The position numbers and the translations under genes were made by a program. A stretch of DNA of 64,000 nt, taken from contig CAVQRZ010000021.1 of assembly GCA_963715335.1 (NCBI GenBank), forward strand, positions 1-64,000. Direction: 5' to 3'. Below are positions 1 through 10,108 of the stretch, in pieces. Origin of the DNA: an uncultured delta proteobacterium. Its GTDB lineage: Bacteria > Desulfobacterota > Desulfuromonadia > Desulfuromonadales > BM103. The notes beneath the pieces were generated by a model that saw only the letters and a program-made list of their open reading frames with translations, was not told the DNA's origin and searched no databases. Within the stretch, counting starts at the first letter, position 1. The number at the start of each line of letters is the position of its first letter.

Positions 1-2883
1 AAACGTTTCAATCAGCTTGAGCGGTGACTTGATGGTCCGCTCCCCCAGCCTCAGCAGACTCGACCCGATTGATGATGCCGATAAAACCCGAACCTTCGGG
101 TCATCCAGTGGCCCTTTGACACTGACCGGGATAGCGACCAGGCTACCGGCCATCAAGTAGTTTACGCCGGGAATGTTCCTGACCACCGTGTCGACGGTTT
201 TGAAAGGGGCCGCCAGCAGTTCAAGGTTGACTGTCTTCTGCACCAAGTCGATTTCACCCTGGCCAAGGGCATCCAGAGTCTTGCCGTCCATCTCGATCTT
301 GCTGATCAACAGCTTGCCTGCCTGGAATTCCCCCTGCAGGGTGATGGTCGTATAGGCAAAGGCCTCGCTGCTCAGGCTGGGGAGTCGACCCTTGACAATC
401 TCGGTGACGTTAAGCACTTCAAGGGTCCTGGTGAGGTATTTGCTCTGTTGAATCGTCCCGTTTGAAAAGGTAATTTCCAGAGGGCCCTGCAGAGCATTGA
501 CCAACTCACCGACCTGGCCTTGGCCGCTGATCTGCCCTGAAAAATCCAGGGTTCCGGTCATTATGACCTGCTCGTGTTCCACACAGGTCGAAACGGTTTT
601 AACATCGAGCGCCTTGCCGTTCAGTTTGACGTCCAGGGCAAGGTTCTCACCATCAATGGTCCACACTCCGGGCGCATTGAGGCCGCAGAGATTCGCTTCC
701 GCGACCCTGACACGAGGCTTGTCCTGACTGAAATCGAGTGTGGCCTTGACGGGATCCCAGGTCAGGTCCTGCCACGACAGCTTCGACAGATCGATGTCGA
801 TCTGGTCACCACTCGCAATCAGAGCGGCCTGCTGTACAGCAAGCTGATCGCCTGACGGCAGGGTAAACACCAGGTCTGAGCCTTCTAGATGTCCGGTTGC
901 CAGGACCCCGGCCTGTTTCGTCACAGGCTTTTTGACAGAAAAAACGCCTTCCACCCTGCCTTTGCCAAAATCCTGCTCAACGAACAGCGCGTTCAGGGTT
1001 TCATGCTGCAGAGCCCCGGTGAAACTCAGGGCAATCCCGCTCGTACCGTAATCCAGGGACAGATCGGCATCGGAGTGTTGATCCTTGAGCCTCAGGCTAT
1101 GAATATTGAGCTGTTCAGGCTGCCAGACAAGATCGAGGACCAGGTCCGGGCCGTCCTTGACGGAGAGGCCCCCTTTGAAAGTGGTCTTTGTCCCCTCTTG
1201 CCAGTCAAGCTCGGCCGCGGAAAGCTTGAGAGGAGAGCGTATCATGTAGGTCTGCGGCACCTCGAAAGCTTCGCTGAGCCATTTGACAAGATCTTCCTCC
1301 AGTGTGCCATCGAGGCCAACTTCGATCCTGCCCGGTCCCTTTGAAACGTCTTTGTCATCACTGGCTAGATGAATTTTAGAGGAAAGTTCGGAGAATTCCG
1401 AATCTCCGACAGTGCCCTGCCAACCCTTGAGGCTGATAAGGTCTTTCGCAAACGCAACCTGGCCACTGGCGACCTTGATCGGAAACGGCAGCCGCTGGTA
1501 ATCGGCGGTGAAATTCAGATCCGAGACAGCGACCTCGGCATTGAGGTCGTTAATGCTGTCGCCGAGGGTCAGTTTTCCGGTGCCGGTGCCTTGTAGACGG
1601 GTGATCCGGTTTACTTCCTCGATAAACTCCGGATTAACGACGATACGTTCAAGGATCTGCTTGGCCTGAGCCAGGTCTGCGTCCAGCATCAACTGCAGCT
1701 GAAACAGGGCATCATCTTCGGCCAGACCAACTTTCAAAGTCCCGTCATGCCCGGTGGAGCCTTCCAATCGGGTTGACATATTAGTACCCTGAAGGATGCC
1801 ATCCGCAACCAGCACATCACCGACCGTCTCGGTAAGGTCGAGTTCGATCTCCGGAATCGAAACGGAACCATTCTGCAGCTTACCCTCGATGCGGATATTT
1901 TTCAGTTCGCCTAGTTCGTCAGCCGTCTGGCCGTGCGACTGAACGATGATCTGCGAGACCGCTCCGCCCCGCAGGTAGGTGAAAATTTTATCTACCAGCG
2001 AAATATCTCCGGCCAGGGCCAGGGCAACCCGGCGGGTCGCATCGACATCGATGTTCTTGCCGGAGATGTCCAGGGCAATAGCCGGGGGACCCGGCGCCTG
2101 TTCAATTTTACCGCTCAGATCAAGGCCCGGTTCCTCCAAAGTCAGCCGTTTGAGCGCCAGGCTGATTGTCTCACCGTCAATCGCAATGCTGCCGTTCAGC
2201 TCTGCTCCCTTGAGGACCTCTTCATGACCATTGTATCGAATCTGCAACACGGCAGCCTTGCTGCGCAGCGATGCACTTGCTTTGCGGGCATCCGTCACTG
2301 CCAGACTCAACCGCAGGTCCAGGTCTTCAGCTTCAAACCACTGTTGGTCTTGGCCAACCTTTAACTGCCCTTCGCTGACCGCCAGGACAAAATCGGGGGA
2401 GACCTGCCCGAACTTCGCGAACCCCTTGGCCAGGCTCGCCTCAAGCCCGCCATCCGGACCAGATGTTGCCGGTGATTTTTGTGACTTTGAGTCCGGCAGA
2501 TCAAGACTGAATTCCGGCTTCTCCAGGCTGAGACGACCGAGGCGCAGATCACCGACCAGCAAGGCCAGGAGGGCCGGGGAGAGGCTGATTTCGGCAATCT
2601 TGCCCTGGCCATAATCCGGGATGATGAGGTTGACCTGCTGCAGAGCTATGGCCGGTTGGGGGAAGTAATCCAGTTCGATCGACTGGAACTCCATCTTGAT
2701 CCCGGCCTGCTCGGCGACCACCTGCTGAATTTTTTTTATGACGGTGGGAGAAGAGATGTACTGGCCTGCAAGCAACAGCCCCGCCAGCATCAGGAGCAGC
2801 AGCGCAACGACGCCTCCAAGGAGCCGGTATCGAAGCCGCTTCCCGGCAGAGTCAGGAGGTTTTTGTTCAGACAAGGAGTCCAT
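1..2883 (-). CDS. AsmA-like (YhdP/AsmA_2-type) envelope protein, 3' end runs off window start
   Basis: ATG at 2883 (MDSLSEQK...), N-terminal TM segment (LLGGVVALLLLMLAGLLLAG), reading frame open to base 1, beta-rich body and AsmA_2-like tail (LGQGEIDLVQKTVNLELLAAPF...VSVKGPLDDPKV). Absent from ORF track because it has no stop in the window. Confidence 0.75.
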   Translation of the reverse strand, partial: MDSLSEQKPPDSAGKRLRYRLLGGVVALLLLMLAGLLLAGQYISSPTVIKKIQQVVAEQAGIKMEFQSIELDYFPQPAIALQQVNLIIPDYGQGKIAEISLSPALLALLVGDLRLGRLSLEKPEFSLDLPDSKSQKSPATSGPDGGLEASLAKGFAKFGQVSPDFVLAVSEGQLKVGQDQQWFEAEDLDLRLSLAVTDARKASASLRSKAAVLQIRYNGHEEVLKGAELNGSIAIDGETISLALKRLTLEEPGLDLSGKIEQAPGPPAIALDISGKNIDVDATRRVALALAGDISLVDKIFTYLRGGAVSQIIVQSHGQTADELGELKNIRIEGKLQNGSVSIPEIELDLTETVGDVLVADGILQGTNMSTRLEGSTGHDGTLKVGLAEDDALFQLQLMLDADLAQAKQILERIVVNPEFIEEVNRITRLQGTGTGKLTLGDSINDLNAEVAVSDLNFTADYQRLPFPIKVASGQVAFAKDLISLKGWQGTVGDSEFSELSSKIHLASDDKDVSKGPGRIEVGLDGTLEEDLVKWLSEAFEVPQTYMIRSPLKLSAAELDWQEGTKTTFKGGLSVKDGPDLVLDLVWQPEQLNIHSLRLKDQHSDADLSLDYGTSGIALSFTGALQHETLNALFVEQDFGKGRVEGVFSVKKPVTKQAGVLATGHLEGSDLVFTLPSGDQLAVQQAALIASGDQIDIDLSKLSWQDLTWDPVKATLDFSQDKPRVRVAEANLCGLNAPGVWTIDGENLALDVKLNGKALDVKTVSTCVEHEQVIMTGTLDFSGQISGQGQVGELVNALQGPLEITFSNGTIQQSKYLTRTLEVLNVTEIVKGRLPSLSSEAFAYTTITLQGEFQAGKLLISKIEMDGKTLDALGQGEIDLVQKTVNLELLAAPFKTVDTVVRNIPGVNYLMAGSLVAIPVSVKGPLDDPKVRVLSASSIGSSLLRLGERTIKSPLKLIETF

Positions 2884-3034
2884 CTTACCTTCCTGTTTAG
2901 TTACGCAGCGGGTACCATTTTATAAAACCGGGTCAAAGAGTTTACAAGTTCGACTCCGGTTGTCTTTAACCACATCTTTTGAAACCTCAATCGGCACCAG
3001 GAGATTCCTGGCCGGTTTCGCCTGAGGATTCTTT

Positions 3035-3520
3035 CTAAGGTCTGCGCAGGATGAGTTCTTCCTTGTAGCCGAACCCCAGGCCGTTGTCGATCAGGCGAAT
3101 CCAGTCCGGTGACAGCCGGTAGATGTTGGCCTCACGCAGGCGCGTGGCGATGGTTTCTTCGTTCTTGTCCTGCGGCCGTTCCAGTAAAGAGCTGACATCC
3201 GGAAACTTCGAGAGATAGGTTTTCAATGCCGACAGGCGCGCAAGCCCTTCGAGTACAGTGACCTGCCCTTGCAACTGCAGACCCCGGATCTCCCTCCAGG
3301 TTGTGCAATCGGCACTGACCGCGCCGGCCACCCGTCCGTTGTCAGCGAGATTGCGACCGTGCTGTGTACGCCGGTCGGACACGAAGTACAGGTTCAGCTC
3401 CGCATCACTGGCAAAGAAGACGGCTGTAGCCCATGGGCTCTCACCGTCGGTGGTTGCCAGCGTGAGGGTGTTGTGACTCTCAAGAAGTTGACGGATGGCC
3501 TGGCGAACCTCGACAGTCAT
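3035..3520 (-). CDS. Pyridoxamine 5'-phosphate oxidase-like FMN-binding protein
   Basis: TLTLATTDGESPWATAVFFA...LYFVS...HGRNL...IRGLQLQG split-barrel pattern. Confidence 0.8.
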   Translation of the reverse strand: MTVEVRQAIRQLLESHNTLTLATTDGESPWATAVFFASDAELNLYFVSDRRTQHGRNLADNGRVAGAVSADCTTWREIRGLQLQGQVTVLEGLARLSALKTYLSKFPDVSSLLERPQDKNEETIATRLREANIYRLSPDWIRLIDNGLGFGYKEELILRRP

Positions 3521-3660
3521 TGGCGGACCACCGGCTGAAAGCAGACTTCAGATTCTAGATTGAACTCGTTGGTGTAACCTCTGCTACTCATAAGAAACCT
3601 TCCGGAAGTGTCTCTGTCACAGTTCAGGACTATCGACAAAAACAGGGGGTTCACAAGAGT

Positions 3661-4865
3661 TTACCCCGAGGAAGCTTTGATCCTCGCTGCGAGCGCAGCG
3701 ACCAGGGGATTGGCGCTCAGGCCATGGCCGACAACGCTCAAGATGATGGTACAGACCACGGTCATCGAAAGCGTATGGCCGCCGGGCAGATGTTCCTCGA
3801 GCACGATCACGGCAAACACGATACTCGCCAGGCCTCTCGGTCCGAACCAGCCCACGAACAGCTTTTCGTCGGTCCGCAAGTTCGTGCCGCCCAGCGCGAT
3901 GAAGACCGGCAACATCCGGACAACGGTGAGGCTGAGCAGGGCGTAAATGACGACATCCCAGCTGAGTGAATCGATCGACTGGCCGACGACGGCAGACCCG
4001 AAGACCACCCAGGTGATCAGGGCCAGCGTGTCACCGGTCCCTTCCGCTGCAAGCAGGAGTTTGTGTTTGTGTTGTTTTGCCAGGCTGCCGAACAGCATGC
4101 CGCCGACGAAACAGGCGATAAAACCGCTGCCGCCAAGCCACTGCGCCAAAGCAAAACAGGTCACTGCCAAAGCCGGGACAGAGAGCTGCCGCCATGTCTC
4201 CGTAATCCATCCCCGGTTCGCACATTGCGTACCCAGGTGCACACAAAGAAATGTCAAGCCGACACCTACCGCAACCCCGATGCCGATCGCCTCAGTCACC
4301 AGTTCCAACGCAACCATCGCCGTTCCGCCCTGAAACTCCTCACTGACACCAGGGCCAGGAAAATGAAGAGGATCGGTACGCAGATGCCGTCGTTCAGGCC
4401 GCTTTCCACATTCAACCCCTCGCGGAGGTTGCTCGGCACGGCAGTGTTGGTCACCACGGCCTTACCCAACGCGGCATCGGTGGGTGCCAGCATGGTCGCC
4501 AGAAGGGCGATTTCCAGCAGGGTCAACCCGTCAAACAGAAGGTAGCCGGTGACGAACCCGAGCAGGATGGTCAGCGGCAAGCCGATCAACAACAGTTTTT
4601 GGGGAATCCTGAAGGAGTGTTTGAGCTCGCGAAGATTCGCGTTGGAGGCGTCGATGAACAGCACCAGGGCGAGAGTCAGTTCGGCGAGGGTACTCAGAAG
4701 CTCGGCGTCCACATCCAGGGTCAAATACCCCAATCCCAGGGGGCCGAGGAGCAGACCGAAAGCAGTAAAAACGACTGCGCCGTTAAAAGGGGTCTTTTCG
4801 AGCCCCCCGCTGACGAGGCTGTAAAGAAAAACAAATGCGGCCAGGATCGCCAGGTTTCCATACAT
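3661..4865 (-). pseudogene. CPA1/NhaP-type cation:proton antiporter, split by a frameshift near 4350
   Basis: N-half (MYGNLAILAAF...LAPTDAALG...VESGLNDG) and C-half (...GWFGPRGLAS) lie in different frames; adding one base at ~4349-4350 gives ...FLAL(x)VSEEFQGGTAMVALEL. Could be a sequencing error. Confidence 0.7.
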
Positions 4866-5401
4866 GGGACTGCCCTCCAAAGCATATGAAAGATTCCGGT
4901 CTCTGCGATGAAGAAAAAGGGATATTTAAAGATTACCCGATATCGGCCATCTACTCCAACGCTTATTTAAGCAGCCTTCCGCCCCAGCCATTCATGCCAT
5001 GGACTCCGGGATGTCCAGAGAATTACTCCCCGCCGGGCAGGATGATGCGGCTCACTGCGAAGTTGTGCCTGCGCGGGATATTCAATCGAGCGCAAATCGT
5101 TCCCGCGGCCGGTCAAGCCAGGAATGATCGTGACCCCACTCTTGAGTCATCACGCCGAGACCACCCCTGTTCCTGGTCAAAAAAGCATATTTTTATTGTT
5201 ATAAATCAGCCATTTAAGCGTTCCTGACTATGCAGGACATATTCCCGTCTCCCCCTTGACAACAAGCATAAAAGTAATATTGTTAACAGCAAGCGATTAA
5301 ACAATATTAACACTTTACTGTCGCGCCGAATGTATGCAATTCACCATCCACCGGGTCTCACCGTGCGACGGGTCCATCAATAGCCAGCAGAGGAGAAAAC
5401 C

Positions 5402-5584
5402 ATGAACATGAATGAGATCAAGCAAATTGCGAGAAGCCGTGGTCTGGACCCCGGCCGTCTGAAAAAGGTTGACCTGATCCGGACAATCCAGAGGCAGGAA
5501 GGCAACGAAAGCTGTTTCCAGACCGACCGAGCTGGCGTGTGTGATCAAGGCCAGTGCTTATGGCGCGAGGACTGCTTGAAATAA
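5402..5584 (+). CDS. Small SAP/Rho-N-like domain protein with Cys-rich tail
   Basis: RBS GAGGAG; EIKQIARSRGL...KKVDLIRTIQRQEGNESCF...C...CLWREDC. Confidence 0.7.
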   Translation: MNMNEIKQIARSRGLDPGRLKKVDLIRTIQRQEGNESCFQTDRAGVCDQGQCLWREDCLK

Positions 5585-5686
5585 GGCATAGGCTTGAACA
5601 TTAAGTTTGCATGTGCAGAAGGTTGCGAAGAACCCGTAGCAGAATGAAACGCGAACCCTTGACAGCCAATCAATGAAGGGGGGCCC

Positions 5687-6517
5687 ATGAGCTACAAAAC
5701 CATTCTTGTTCACATCGACTCGGGGAAGCACACTGAAAAACGTCTGGAAGTCGCCATCAAGTTGGCAAGCAAGTACGATGCATACTTAGTGGGGCTTTAC
5801 GTTTTTTCTCTCTATGTCCCGCCTGGCTACATAATGGCTCATATGGGGGAGGAGATCGAAGCTGCACAGAACAAAATCGCCGTCGAGTCAATGTCACGTG
5901 CCGAAAAAGTCTTCCGCAAACAAACCTCTGCAGCTAATCTGGATAAGACTGAATGGCTGACTGCGTACGATGAGCCGGTTCATGCCATGTCACTGCACGC
6001 TCAAAGTGCTGACCTTGTCGTAATCAGCCAGAGTGATTCTTCTGACAACTCGGGAGTCGATATGGATTTCCCGGAGCGATTGGTCCTTGCGGCCGGGCGA
6101 CCGGTGTTGATCTTGCCGAACACCGGTGATTTCCCCTCCATCGGCAAGCACATTCTCGTTGCCTGGAATTCCAGTCAAGAGGCGACGCGCGCCGTTTCAA
6201 ATGCAATTCCCTTCCTGAAGGCTGCGGACAGTGTCTGTATTATTGCGGTCAACTCCAAAACCGGCGAACACGACAGCACCCAGAGTGAAAATATGGTTCG
6301 ATATTTAGAACGTCTTGGTATCCGTGCCGAGGCTAAGGATTGCCACGGAGTCGAGATTGACGTCGGCAATGAACTGCTGTCACGCGCGGCAGACTTGTCT
6401 GCGGACCTGATTGTGATGGGATGCTACGGACATTCCCGTCTTAGAGAATGGGTTCTGGGTGGTGCGACCCGCACCATATTGGAGTCGATGACGGTACCGG
6501 TTCTCATGTCCCACTAA
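5687..6517 (+). CDS. Universal stress protein (tandem Usp domains)
   Basis: MSYKTILVHID..., ILVAWNSSQEATRA, ADLIVMGCYGHSRLREWVLGGATRTIL. Confidence 0.9.
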   Translation: MSYKTILVHIDSGKHTEKRLEVAIKLASKYDAYLVGLYVFSLYVPPGYIMAHMGEEIEAAQNKIAVESMSRAEKVFRKQTSAANLDKTEWLTAYDEPVHAMSLHAQSADLVVISQSDSSDNSGVDMDFPERLVLAAGRPVLILPNTGDFPSIGKHILVAWNSSQEATRAVSNAIPFLKAADSVCIIAVNSKTGEHDSTQSENMVRYLERLGIRAEAKDCHGVEIDVGNELLSRAADLSADLIVMGCYGHSRLREWVLGGATRTILESMTVPVLMSH

Positions 6518-6577
6518 TTTAAGTTAGAAAGAACCGACGAATGAGCCGATCATGGGGGTAAAGAAGGAGTTGCCAGT

Positions 6578-6790
6578 ATGAATATTCCCGTTGTCCTTAA
6601 AAATGGTACCGAACGATTAGTCAGCAAACCCGAGTTTGAACTGTTAATGAATCAGGATCGCATCATGTTCTTTGAACGGGCGAACGGCTGGGTGGTTATC
6701 GGCCGCGACAAACTGCGCGAGGATCGTGATCCTTCAAACTACGCAACACAACAGGAACGCAGGGCGCTAATAAAAGAATCCTGGTATTGA
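6578..6790 (+). CDS. GSU3473-like small protein
   Basis: RBS AAGGAG; IPVVLKNG...I..FERANGWVVIGRDKLR...ERR pattern. Confidence 0.65.
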   Translation: MNIPVVLKNGTERLVSKPEFELLMNQDRIMFFERANGWVVIGRDKLREDRDPSNYATQQERRALIKESWY

Positions 6791-7062
6791 CCTTCCTCCC
6801 TCAGCTCGGACCAGGATTTTGCTGCAGCGGCCCGCCGGCCGGGGACCGGTGAGCAAAGTGAGCACAGTATTTTAACGAACCAAATGCTCAACAACAAATC
6901 TCTGGATCATTCTGAGAGGTGAGGTCAGAGGACCTTCGACTTCTCAATACACGCCCCGCGGTTTATCAAGCTTGACACGCCTGTAGAATAAAAATAAATT
7001 GCACCACGTAATATCCGACGGCTTAAAACATACCAAATTGCAACGTCTGAGAGGCAAACTCA

Positions 7063-8748
7063 ATGGTTGAACCTTTTCAAATGGGCTATACCGCCATCGG
7101 CGGGCTCGGCATCTTTATCCTGGGTATGAAGTATCTGTCTGACAGCCTGCAGTCGCTTTCGGGGGGGCTGATCCGCAAGGCAATTTCATCGGTGACCAGC
7201 AACCGCTTCCTGGCGGTCTTAGTCGGCCTGGTGGTCACCTGCTTCGTTCAGTCCTCGTCGATTACGACGGTCATGGTGGTCGGCCTGGCCAACGCCGGCC
7301 TAATGCAGCTGACCCAGGCGATCGGCGTCATCCTTGGCGCCAACATCGGCACCACCATCACCGGCTGGATTCTGGCGGTCAAGGTTGGCAAGTACGGCCT
7401 GTTGCTGATCGCTCTCGGTATCTTTCCGATGCTTTTTTCCAAAAACGATCGCATCTCGGCAAGCGCCAAGGTGATGGTTGCACTGGGCCTGATCTTCTTC
7501 GGCCTGGAGATCATGAGCGACTCCTTCAAGCCGCTGCGCAAGGATGAAGGCTTCATGAACCTGATGTTGACCCTTGATGCCCAGTCGCTACTGAGCATCC
7601 TCGGTTGCGTCGCCATCGGCTGCGGCATGACCATGGTCATCCAGAGCAGTTCGGCGATGCTCGGCATCACCATCGCCCTTGCCCTGACCGGGGCGATTCC
7701 GCTGCACACAGCAGTCGCCCTGGTCATGGGCGAGAACATCGGCACCACCATTACCGCCCAACTCGCAGCGATCGGTGGGAGCGTCGCCGCCAGGCGCGCA
7801 GCGATGGCCCACACCGTGTTCAATGTCCTGGGGGTCTTCATCATTATTTCCATCTTCTCGACCTACGTCAACCTGGTCGAGAAGTTCGTGCCGGGGCTTT
7901 CAAGCTTTGTCGATGCCGAAGGCAACCGTCCCTACATTGCCGCGCACATCGCCATGGCACACACCTTTTTCAATGTGACCGCAACGATTGTCATGCTGCC
8001 GTTTCTTAACTATCTGGCCAAACTGGTCACAAAAATAGTGCCGGAAAAAGCCGGCGCCGAAAAAGGCGCCTTCAAGTATATCGGCGCTCCCGGCACCATG
8101 CCCGTTGCGATGGGCGTCTCGATGGTTTTTGAAGAGCTCAAGCGGATGCAGGAGTGTGTTCATGATGCCCTGGTAAATGCCGAGAAATTTCTGCAGCGAG
8201 ACCTCAAAGGGCGCGATCGCATTTATCGCAAGGTGAAGGACCTCGAAGAACAAACCGATATCATGCAGCACGAAATCACGACCTTCACCGTCACCCTGAT
8301 GCAGTCTGGCGGCGGCAGCAAGGAGCAATCGGACCGGGCCTACAGCTATGTGCGTGCGGCCGATGAGCTCGAGTCGATTGCCGACTACGCCGCATCCCTC
8401 TGTTCGTACATGAAACGGCTCGACAAGCACGAGCTTGATTACAGCTTGGATGGCTGGAAGGACCTGCGCAACTTTCACAGCGAGGTATTCACCTTTTTCC
8501 AACAGGTCTGCCATGCTTTCAATAACGGAGAGGTGAGCAGTTCGCGCAAGATCTACGACGAGGCCATCCGCCTCAACGACCTGGCTGATGAGGTTCGTAA
8601 AGCACACCTCGACCGCATGAAGGAGGGTTCATGCGGAGCGCTGCCCGCCCTGACCTTCAGCGACATGGCCGTTGCCCTGAGGCGGATCAAGAACCATACC
8701 GTCAACCTGCACGAGGCGCTCTTCCACGAAGTCCCTGCAACGGTATGA
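7063..8748 (+). CDS. Na+/Pi cotransporter family protein (PhoU-like C-terminus)
   Basis: Two QSSS repeats, GANIGTTIT and GENIGTTIT motifs, helical C-terminal domain. Confidence 0.9.
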   Translation: MVEPFQMGYTAIGGLGIFILGMKYLSDSLQSLSGGLIRKAISSVTSNRFLAVLVGLVVTCFVQSSSITTVMVVGLANAGLMQLTQAIGVILGANIGTTITGWILAVKVGKYGLLLIALGIFPMLFSKNDRISASAKVMVALGLIFFGLEIMSDSFKPLRKDEGFMNLMLTLDAQSLLSILGCVAIGCGMTMVIQSSSAMLGITIALALTGAIPLHTAVALVMGENIGTTITAQLAAIGGSVAARRAAMAHTVFNVLGVFIIISIFSTYVNLVEKFVPGLSSFVDAEGNRPYIAAHIAMAHTFFNVTATIVMLPFLNYLAKLVTKIVPEKAGAEKGAFKYIGAPGTMPVAMGVSMVFEELKRMQECVHDALVNAEKFLQRDLKGRDRIYRKVKDLEEQTDIMQHEITTFTVTLMQSGGGSKEQSDRAYSYVRAADELESIADYAASLCSYMKRLDKHELDYSLDGWKDLRNFHSEVFTFFQQVCHAFNNGEVSSSRKIYDEAIRLNDLADEVRKAHLDRMKEGSCGALPALTFSDMAVALRRIKNHTVNLHEALFHEVPATV

Positions 8749-9073
8749 TGGTATTACACGCAAGAACCGGGAGCAGTCTTTTACAAGAATGAGCAAAATT
8801 CTTTTTATGTTGCCACTGCCAAGACTAAGACTGGCCTGTTATTGACAGAGTCGTTGAGGATGACAAAACGATGGCCACCTGGATTCGCTCCAGGTGGCCT
8901 AGACGTAAAGAAAAATTTTCTTATAGATCCGCTCTCTGCCTGACCTTGGCATCAGAAAACGGCGGTTTTCGGGTGTCCAAAGGTCAAATCCGGGAACCCG
9001 GGAACAGGATCGTCACAGAATCGTCACAGAACGAAAAAAGGTCAGCAAATGACGGCTAACCTATTGTAATTAT

Positions 9074-9150
<77 letters not shown>

Positions 9151-9243
9151 GAGGGCTTGCTTTATACCCCAATTCATGGGCTATTGCAACCGCTAATCAA
9201 GCCTATGCAGAGGGCTGTCTGGTCAATCTTGTCCTATGTCGAG

Positions 9244-9278
9244 AAGGGCGCTGCAGATCAATCATGCAGCGCCCTTTT
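9244..9278. terminator. Hairpin downstream of the cytochrome operon
   Basis: AAGGGCGCTGCA-loop-TGCAGCGCCCTTTT. Confidence 0.55.
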
Positions 9279-9304
9279 ATGCGAAACTCAACTGTCTCCG
9301 GAGA

Positions 9305-10108
9305 TCAGCCGCCTTCTTCTTCGTAAGCCTTCCGCACCAGCAGGAAAATTACCCCGGCCATGATTAACAGACCGATGACAACGCTGCCCCAGAGTTTCCT
9401 TTTGCCCAGCGTGTTGTCAATTTCGGCAATCTTGCCCTTGACCTTGCTCAACTCGACCTGCACGCCGCCGGTTTCCTTGCGCACCTTCTCCACATCAACA
9501 CCGTGGAAGGTGCGATGGAAGACGTTGCGTTGGTTGAAGAGGGTTCCTTCCATCTCGTCGACGGCAAAACCGAGTTTATAGAGTCGATCGAGATCGTGCT
9601 CCACTGCTTTGATCATCGTGTCTGTCTCGACCAGGGCAAGCCTGATCAGGGCGGCACGTTCATAGCTGTGGCAGCGTGAGCAATCCTCTTCATTGATCAG
9701 AGCCAGGCTGGCCCTTTTCACCGCATGGTTGCCGTGGCAAATGACGCACTGCGCGCCGCCGTCCTCAATGGCCTTGCCATGGGCCCCTTCCTTGTATTCC
9801 TCGGCCACGCCGACATGGCAGCGCCCGCAGAAGTCGGGGACCTCGGTATAATCAGGAACGCCGATAAAGCCCCTGTCGGGACTCATGGCCATGGCCATAT
9901 CGGTCGGGTCACCACCGTGACAATCATGACAGGAGATGCCGTTTTCAGCATGCACGCTGGACTGCCAATCGGCAACCGGTGCGCTGAGATGACCGGACAG
10001 GCCGGCATGGCATTGCAGACAGACGGTTTCGTCAGCACGGCTTGTGGCAGGTGCCGACAACAGGACCAGGCTTAGGACCAGAAACGACCAGATAACAGCG
10101 CGACTCAT
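9305..10108 (-). CDS. Pentaheme c-type cytochrome, C-terminal membrane anchor (Cbc3-like cytochrome c subunit)
   Basis: Signal peptide; five CxxCH (CLQCH, CHDCH, CGRCH, CVICH, CSRCH); C-terminal TM helix. Confidence 0.9.
   Translation of the reverse strand: MSRAVIWSFLVLSLVLLSAPATSRADETVCLQCHAGLSGHLSAPVADWQSSVHAENGISCHDCHGGDPTDMAMAMSPDRGFIGVPDYTEVPDFCGRCHVGVAEEYKEGAHGKAIEDGGAQCVICHGNHAVKRASLALINEEDCSRCHSYERAALIRLALVETDTMIKAVEHDLDRLYKLGFAVDEMEGTLFNQRNVFHRTFHGVDVEKVRKETGGVQVELSKVKGKIAEIDNTLGKRKLWGSVVIGLLIMAGVIFLLVRKAYEEEGG

Noticed and set aside
173..3025. Many plus-strand ORFs at the window start
   Set aside because: Shadow ORFs opposite the long minus-strand AsmA-like gene
3540..9070. Intact prophage or genomic island at tRNA-Arg
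   Set aside because: No integrase, phage genes or duplicated att core seen; kept only as a possible relic
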